NCBI GenBank assembly: GCA_963663545.1
Contig: OY760505.1
Span: 1,280,001-1,344,000 of the forward strand
DNA from: Candidatus Delongbacteria bacterium
Lineage (GTDB): Bacteria; CAIWAD01
Length of the DNA: 64,000 bases
Direction of reading: 5' to 3'
The position numbers were made by a program, and so were the translations under genes. Positions 58,864-64,000 of the stretch are shown piece by piece (within the stretch, counting starts at the first letter, position 1; every line of letters starts with the position of its first letter). The notes under the pieces were generated by a model, which was given only the letters and a program-made list of their open reading frames with translations, searched no databases and had not been told where the DNA came from.

Positions 58864-60151
58864 AGAGTGGCGCAAGCTGGCCTGGCTGCTGGGCGGCTTT
58901 CTTGTGCTATACAACCTGCCCGTCGGCACACTGCGCTTCGACAATGCGATCCTTGAAGCCTTTCATTTAGTGAAATGGTACGCGCGTGAGCATGTGCTGC
59001 TCTGCCTAGTACCCGCCTTCTTCATCGCTGGTGCCGTCGGCGTCTTTGTCAGCCAGAATTCGGTGATGCGCTACTTGGGCGCCAAAGCGAACCGCGTTCT
59101 GGCCTACGCTGTTGCCTCGGTCTCGGGCAGTGTGCTTGCGGTCTGCTCCTGCACTATTCTGCCGCTCTTCGCCGGCATCTATCGTATGGGAGCCGGACTG
59201 GGCCCCGCTTGCGCCTTCCTTTACTCAGGTCCGGCCATCAACATTCTGGCGATGATCCTGACGGCGCGAATTCTGGGTTTGCAGCTCGGCATTGCCCGCG
59301 CACTGGGAGCCGTGCTTTTCTCCGTTCTCATTGGCCTGCTGATGCAGTGGTTCTTTCGTCACGAAGAAAACGAACGCATGGCCGTGCAGGCACAAATGCC
59401 GCAAGAAAGGCCTCGCCTGCGTCTCTGGCAGACCTCGCTCTACTTCGCCTCAATGGTGGGTATCCTGGTGTTTGCCAATTGGGCGCCTGCACAACAAGAC
59501 AGCGGTTTATGGTTTGGCATTCACCATCTGAAATGGCCCATAACCGCGGGGTTCGGACTTCTACTGGCATGGCTGCTGCTGCGCTGGTTTGATCTGCCCT
59601 GGTGGAAGCTGGCGCTGATCATTCTACCTACTGCGGCTCTGGCGCTGCTGTTACCCGGACACCCGCTATACGCCTTCTCGTTAGCGATCCTCGGTCTTTC
59701 ATGGATCACAAGTCGCAGTGAAGGTGAGAGCGGAGAGTGGTTCCGCACCAGCTGGGAGTTCGCTCTGCAAATTCTACCGCTGCTGCTTTTCGGCGTGCTG
59801 ATCGCCGGACTGCTGCTGGGTCGCGTCGGCCAGCAGGGACTTCTTCCCCCACAGTGGATCACGAACGCAGTGGGTGGGAACTCGCTGATGGCCAATTTCT
59901 TCGCCTCCTTCGCGGGCGCTTTCATGTATTTCGCCACACTGACCGAAGTCCCCATTTTGCAGGGGCTCCTGAGCAACGGCATGGGTAAAGGTCCAGCTCT
60001 GGCGCTGCTGCTGGCTGGACCGGCGCTCAGCCTGCCCAATATGCTCGTGATACGCAGCGTCCTTGGAACAAGGAAAACAGCAGCCTTTGTCAGCCTTGTG
60101 ATCCTAATGGCGACCATCAGCGGATGGCTTTTCGGTTTGATTACAAACTGA
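58850..60151 (+). CDS. DUF318 permease (ArsP-like)
   Basis: CSCTILP, FLYSGPAIN, YFATLTEVP, GPALSLP. Confidence 0.88.
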   Translation: MSWREEWRKLAWLLGGFLVLYNLPVGTLRFDNAILEAFHLVKWYAREHVLLCLVPAFFIAGAVGVFVSQNSVMRYLGAKANRVLAYAVASVSGSVLAVCSCTILPLFAGIYRMGAGLGPACAFLYSGPAINILAMILTARILGLQLGIARALGAVLFSVLIGLLMQWFFRHEENERMAVQAQMPQERPRLRLWQTSLYFASMVGILVFANWAPAQQDSGLWFGIHHLKWPITAGFGLLLAWLLLRWFDLPWWKLALIILPTAALALLLPGHPLYAFSLAILGLSWITSRSEGESGEWFRTSWEFALQILPLLLFGVLIAGLLLGRVGQQGLLPPQWITNAVGGNSLMANFFASFAGAFMYFATLTEVPILQGLLSNGMGKGPALALLLAGPALSLPNMLVIRSVLGTRKTAAFVSLVILMATISGWLFGLITN

Positions 60152-60172
60152 TGTGATACAAAGGAGAATGCA

Positions 60173-60412
60173 GTGAAAATTCAGATTCTAGGCACCGGTT
60201 GCCCAAAGTGCAACAAACTGGCAGAGCTGGCCGGGCGTGCGGTGATCGAGCTGGAACTTGATGCACAGATCGTCAAGGTCAGCGACATCAACGAGATCCT
60301 CTCCTTCGGTGTGATGAGTACGCCAGCGCTGGCAGTGGACGGCAAAGTACTGCTGGTTGGCAAGGTGCCCACTTATCCCGATTTGAGTAGAATGCTAAGC
60401 GAGCAGCGCTAA
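60173..60412 (+). CDS. MTH895/ArsE-like small thioredoxin
   Basis: MKIQILGTGCPKC, GVMSTPAL.VDG. Confidence 0.88.
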   Translation: MKIQILGTGCPKCNKLAELAGRAVIELELDAQIVKVSDINEILSFGVMSTPALAVDGKVLLVGKVPTYPDLSRMLSEQR

Positions 60413-60421
60413 GGAGGGAAT

Positions 60422-60883
60422 GTGATACGTCGCCTGCTGACAATCCTGCTGCTGGTCTTCGTGGCACTTGGGCTGAGCTGGTCCTTCTTGTTCGACGGTG
60501 GATCGCCAACTCCCGAATCTGGTGATACAGCCACGACATCCGCGGCCCTCACGGCTTACTACTTCCACGGCAACTTCCGCTGTACAACCTGCAGAACCAT
60601 CGAGTCCCTGACTCAACAGACGCTGGCCGATTCCTTTAGTGTAGAGCTGGCGGAAGGCCTGTTGTCCTTTCAGCCGGTGAACACAGATTTAGAGGCCAAC
60701 GCCCACTTCGTCAACGATTTCGAGCTCAGTAGTGGATCTGTGGTATTGGCCCGTCGTGATACAAATAGTACCTGGATCTATCGGCGATTGGATGATGTCT
60801 GGAACCTGGTGAACGACGAGGAAGCCTTTCGCGCCTACATCTGGACCGAAACCAGCGACATGCTGTCCGGGCAGAATTCATGA
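60422..60883 (+). CDS. ArsF-like periplasmic thioredoxin-fold protein
   Basis: N-terminal anchor, YYFHG..RCTTCRTIE. Confidence 0.78.
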   Translation: MIRRLLTILLLVFVALGLSWSFLFDGGSPTPESGDTATTSAALTAYYFHGNFRCTTCRTIESLTQQTLADSFSVELAEGLLSFQPVNTDLEANAHFVNDFELSSGSVVLARRDTNSTWIYRRLDDVWNLVNDEEAFRAYIWTETSDMLSGQNS

Positions 60884-61575
60884 GTGCACTCTGGCCTGCC
60901 ATTCTCAGCGCAATCTGGCTGGGAGTGCTGACTGCGATCAGCCCATGTCCGATGGCAACAAATCTGGCGGCCGTGGCTTTTGTGTCACGCCGTATGGATC
61001 ATCCACGGGCTGTGATTCATGCGGGCCTGTTGTACACACTTGGGCGCAGTCTGGCCTACACTGTGCTGGGCTGGCTGCTGGTGCAAGGGTTGATGGCGGC
61101 TCCCGGTGTATCACATCAACTGCAGCAAGTCATGAATCGTCTTCTTGGACCGCTGTTGATCCTTGTCGGAATGCTGCTTTCCGGCTTGTTGCGAGTAGGG
61201 TCCGGCAACGGCCAGAACCTGTCAGCTCTGCAGAACCGGGTTGAACGCTGGGGACTGTGGGGAGCAGGACTGCTTGGTTTCCTCTTTGCGCTGAGTTTTT
61301 GCCCCACCTCCGCCGCGCTCTTCTTTGGTAGTCTGATACCTCTTGCCTTGCAGCAAGAGTCACCCCTTGTGATTCCACTGCTCTACGGCACCTTTACCGG
61401 ACTTCCCGTACTGGTTTTTGCGCTGCTGCTCTCGCTGGGTGGACAAACGCTGACTCGGACCTACAGCCGTATCACGGCACTCGAACCCATCGCGCGGAGA
61501 CTGACGGGTACCCTGTTCATCGTTGTGGGTGTGTACTTCACGCTGACCCATGTTTTTGCCATCCGGCTCTGGTAA
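60880..61575 (+). CDS. ArsG/CcdA-like membrane protein
   Basis: ISPCPMATN and FALSFCP motifs, multiple TM helices. Confidence 0.8.
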   Translation: MSALWPAILSAIWLGVLTAISPCPMATNLAAVAFVSRRMDHPRAVIHAGLLYTLGRSLAYTVLGWLLVQGLMAAPGVSHQLQQVMNRLLGPLLILVGMLLSGLLRVGSGNGQNLSALQNRVERWGLWGAGLLGFLFALSFCPTSAALFFGSLIPLALQQESPLVIPLLYGTFTGLPVLVFALLLSLGGQTLTRTYSRITALEPIARRLTGTLFIVVGVYFTLTHVFAIRLW

Positions 61576-61633
61576 GAAAGCAGGGCGCTATTACCGATAA
61601 CTCCGTAATGTTCATACCGAACCGGAGGCTCCC

Positions 61634-62050
61634 ATGCGAAAGCGTGTACTCTTCCTTTGCACAGGCAATTCATGTCGCAGCCAGATGGCAGAAGGCTGGG
61701 CGCGCCACCTGCGCGGCCGCGAGTGGGAGGTTTACTCCGCTGGTATCGAGGATCACGGCTTGAATCCGGATGCGGTGCGCGTAATGGCTGAAGCTGGTGT
61801 GGATATCTCCCGGCACCGCCCGAAATTGGTGAGCAGCCTGCTACACATGCCTTTTGATCTTGTAATCACGGTCTGCGATCGTGCCAGAACCATGTGTCCT
61901 GTTTTCCCTGCGGAAGCACGCATGATACATGCACCATTCGATGATCCCCCCTCACTTGCCAAGCGGTCCAACAACGAGAACGAAGCGATCTCGCACTACC
62001 GCCGTGTACGCGACGAAATTCGCGACTTCGTGGAGCAGCTGGACGTCTGA
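61634..62050 (+). CDS. arsC: thioredoxin-coupled arsenate reductase (LMW-PTP fold)
   Basis: CTGNSCRSQMAE, TVCD..CP, FDDP, RRVRDEI. Confidence 0.92.
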   Translation: MRKRVLFLCTGNSCRSQMAEGWARHLRGREWEVYSAGIEDHGLNPDAVRVMAEAGVDISRHRPKLVSSLLHMPFDLVITVCDRARTMCPVFPAEARMIHAPFDDPPSLAKRSNNENEAISHYRRVRDEIRDFVEQLDV

Positions 62051-62130
62051 CTCCGCAGGTCTGAACGACGACCTTCGCGCACTGACAAGGGTGGCTTACG
62101 CAAAGCTCTACCCCGCTGTAGCAAAAAGAA

Positions 62131-62156
62131 AAGCGGCCTCGTGGGAAGGCCGCTTC
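62131..62156. terminator. terminator between arsC and ssrA
   Basis: AAGCGGCCT..AGGCCGCTT stem with U-tract on the minus strand. Confidence 0.7.
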
Positions 62157-62164
62157 GAAGTCCA

Positions 62165-62520
62165 TGGAGACGGAGGGAGTTGAACCCTCGTCCGGAAAAG
62201 CAATCGCTTGAGCGTCTACATGCGTAGTCCGTCTATGAATCTCGATCAGACGCTGCCGGCGGACAGGCCACCCCTGATCCAGGTTGCTGTTTTCTCGCCC
62301 CGCCGGTGCAACCGGACCTTTGGGGCCAGCTTACATTGTGACGAAGGAACCGGCCGCGGTAAGCGCGCCTCCGGGCTTCGGCTACCAATTAATTAGGCAG
62401 CAATGGCGTAATCGTTGCCAGTTATAAGAGTTTGCCAGAACTTTTAGCGTGGTGCTCCGGCGAGTCCACGGCATGCAGCCCAGGGTCTCGTCAATCCCGT
62501 CGAATCCCACGAACGTCCCC
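62165..62520 (-). ncRNA. ssrA: tmRNA; tag peptide (A)GNDYAIAA*
   Basis: 5' GGGGACG..GGATTCGAC; 3' GAGGGTTCAACTCCCTC-CGTCTCC-A; acceptor stem with G3.U pair; tag ORF at 62419-62393 after ATAACT; CCA not encoded. Confidence 0.95.
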
Positions 62521-62584
62521 GGGTGGAGCCTGACAATAGCACTTTGCATCTGGGGCTGCAAGTCCCGACACCGAAAGGGAACTC

Positions 62585-64000
62585 ATGGCATTCTCACTCC
62601 GTGCCCTCTTCCTGCTGGTGGTCGCCCTTTGTGCCAGCGCACAATCACCGGGCGACCTGGCAGATCTGATCTCTCCTTGCTGGCATCCAGATTTCAATCA
62701 AGCGGTTGATGACGCCGTGATACACTTGTCAATCGATGGCTCCGAGTTCGATCTTCGCGGTGACTGGCGCATGCAGCAACTTCCGGTTTTTGGTGATACA
62801 CTGTATCACATCTACTTCACTGGAAAAGGCACATTGCTTCTGCAAGACCCGGATGTTGAGGAGAGAAATCTGGTCTCAGCACAGTTGGAGACGCCACCTG
62901 TAGAGCTGAAAGTGAAAGAGGTACACTTCTTCTTTGATCCTCTTCCCGCTGCTCTGGCCAGTCAACCCTGGATTCCCTACAAAGCAAGTGTTCTAATGAA
63001 ATCCGGCTATCAACGGCATTTCAACGCCCTTCGTCACACAGGAGATGCCCATCCCATAATCGAGTGGTTGGCGCTTCGATCTTCAGGAGGAGGTGGATTC
63101 AGTTGGGCGCGAATCAACAAGAAAGACTTCGTGATACGCAGCGCAAAAGGCGAAAGGAACCGTGTGCTCTGTGGACTACCGGCTCGTCCTGGCAGTGTCC
63201 TTTACAAACCACTGCATCACATTTTTCCCATGGACGTCGATTTGACGCAAGATCCCGTCTGGATCGATTGGCCGGGACATGCTGCACGACTTGATCTTCA
63301 GGTCGAGGCTATCGGTGATCTCCGGCTCGACTGGACAGCCTCTATGGATCTTGATCTGGATCATGCGGTCCATCTGTTTGCATTGCGACTTGATCCGCGA
63401 GCAGAGCTGAATGATCTGCGAGTAATGCAGGCTGGGCTTGAACTGCCCTGTACAAGCTGGCGCATCAAGGACGCCGGACTGGCAGCTACGGATCTACCAT
63501 TGGTGATCGTACACTCTGTTGATGTACTTGAAGGCCGTATTACAATTGTATCACAGGGCTTTTCACCACAGGATATCCTGATGGAAAAGGCAGGTGATCG
63601 CGAAACGCTTTTTTCGCGCTGCTGGCATCCTGCACCCGTTTCAGGATGGATCGATTCGTGTTCGGTTGAGGTAAAGGGACCACCGCAATTAAGCTGGTGG
63701 ACAACGCAAGGTAGGATCCCCACGCTTTCCGTTGACGCGAACGTGATTCAAGGACATTGTACCGTAGCCAATGTGCTTGCGCCTGTGCTACATGTAGAAG
63801 GGCAGGAGCTACTTGCACATGGAGATAATATTGCCATCGCCAGGCAGCCGCTACGCAACAGGCGTGCGCTGGAAGAATCAGTGCGACCCAACGTATCACA
63901 ATGGAGATACGACGAGCAAAGCGTTGTATCACGTAATCGATTCCTCTTGCCATCCAGCCGATTTGAGCGCCCAAGCGACATTAGTTACGGTGATCCGAAC
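62585..64000 (+). CDS. secreted hypothetical protein (runs off window end; not in ORF track)
   Basis: Manual translation from ATG 62585 is stop-free to 64000; signal peptide MAFSLRALFLLVVALCASA. Confidence 0.75.
   Translation, partial: MAFSLRALFLLVVALCASAQSPGDLADLISPCWHPDFNQAVDDAVIHLSIDGSEFDLRGDWRMQQLPVFGDTLYHIYFTGKGTLLLQDPDVEERNLVSAQLETPPVELKVKEVHFFFDPLPAALASQPWIPYKASVLMKSGYQRHFNALRHTGDAHPIIEWLALRSSGGGGFSWARINKKDFVIRSAKGERNRVLCGLPARPGSVLYKPLHHIFPMDVDLTQDPVWIDWPGHAARLDLQVEAIGDLRLDWTASMDLDLDHAVHLFALRLDPRAELNDLRVMQAGLELPCTSWRIKDAGLAATDLPLVIVHSVDVLEGRITIVSQGFSPQDILMEKAGDRETLFSRCWHPAPVSGWIDSCSVEVKGPPQLSWWTTQGRIPTLSVDANVIQGHCTVANVLAPVLHVEGQELLAHGDNIAIARQPLRNRRALEESVRPNVSQWRYDEQSVVSRNRFLLPSSRFERPSDISYGDPN

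Noticed and set aside
62165..62195. tRNA gene or prophage att site
   Set aside because: It is the tRNA-like 3' end of tmRNA; no duplicated copy or integrase seen in the window
861..63932. GTGATAC as a Chi/KOPS-type polar motif or ordinary transcription-factor site
   Set aside because: Roughly balanced between strands (about 55:43), mostly intragenic and far too dense

Overview
Bacterial chromosomal window (about 58% GC). Several secreted proteins with 'YPNPFNP' T9SS-type/FlgD-Ig C-terminal domains, a gingipain-like C25 peptidase and a long S16 suggest an FCB-superphylum lineage outside Bacteroidota; this placement is an inference. Housekeeping loci: rsmE, an M16 peptidase pair, ffh-rpsP-rimM-trmD-rplS, glnA, tkt and tmRNA. 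Other loci: a che operon (cheA-Y-X-W-Y-B-R-pilZ), an arsR-arsP-arsEFG-arsC-like operon, a PhoB-like regulator facing a TonB receptor/lipoprotein pair, and an accessory TA/defence-like island at about 21.7-27.1 kb (hicBA, a direct-repeat-flanked AAA ATPase, an ApeA-like HEPN protein, a DUF6978/DUF1828-like pair). The strongest unexplained signal is the heptamer GTGATAC/GTATCAC. I counted about 98 copies by eye against about 6 expected; it lies on both strands and in all reading frames and is absent from the island, which resembles HIP1 or DNA-uptake sequences. Also notable are a 130-bp tandem array that creates four identical 35-aa mini-ORFs, a 48-bp tandem repeat, a dispersed REP-like element, and a CheA with an MshEN-like segment in place of P2. 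All family assignments come from motif recognition, not database searches.
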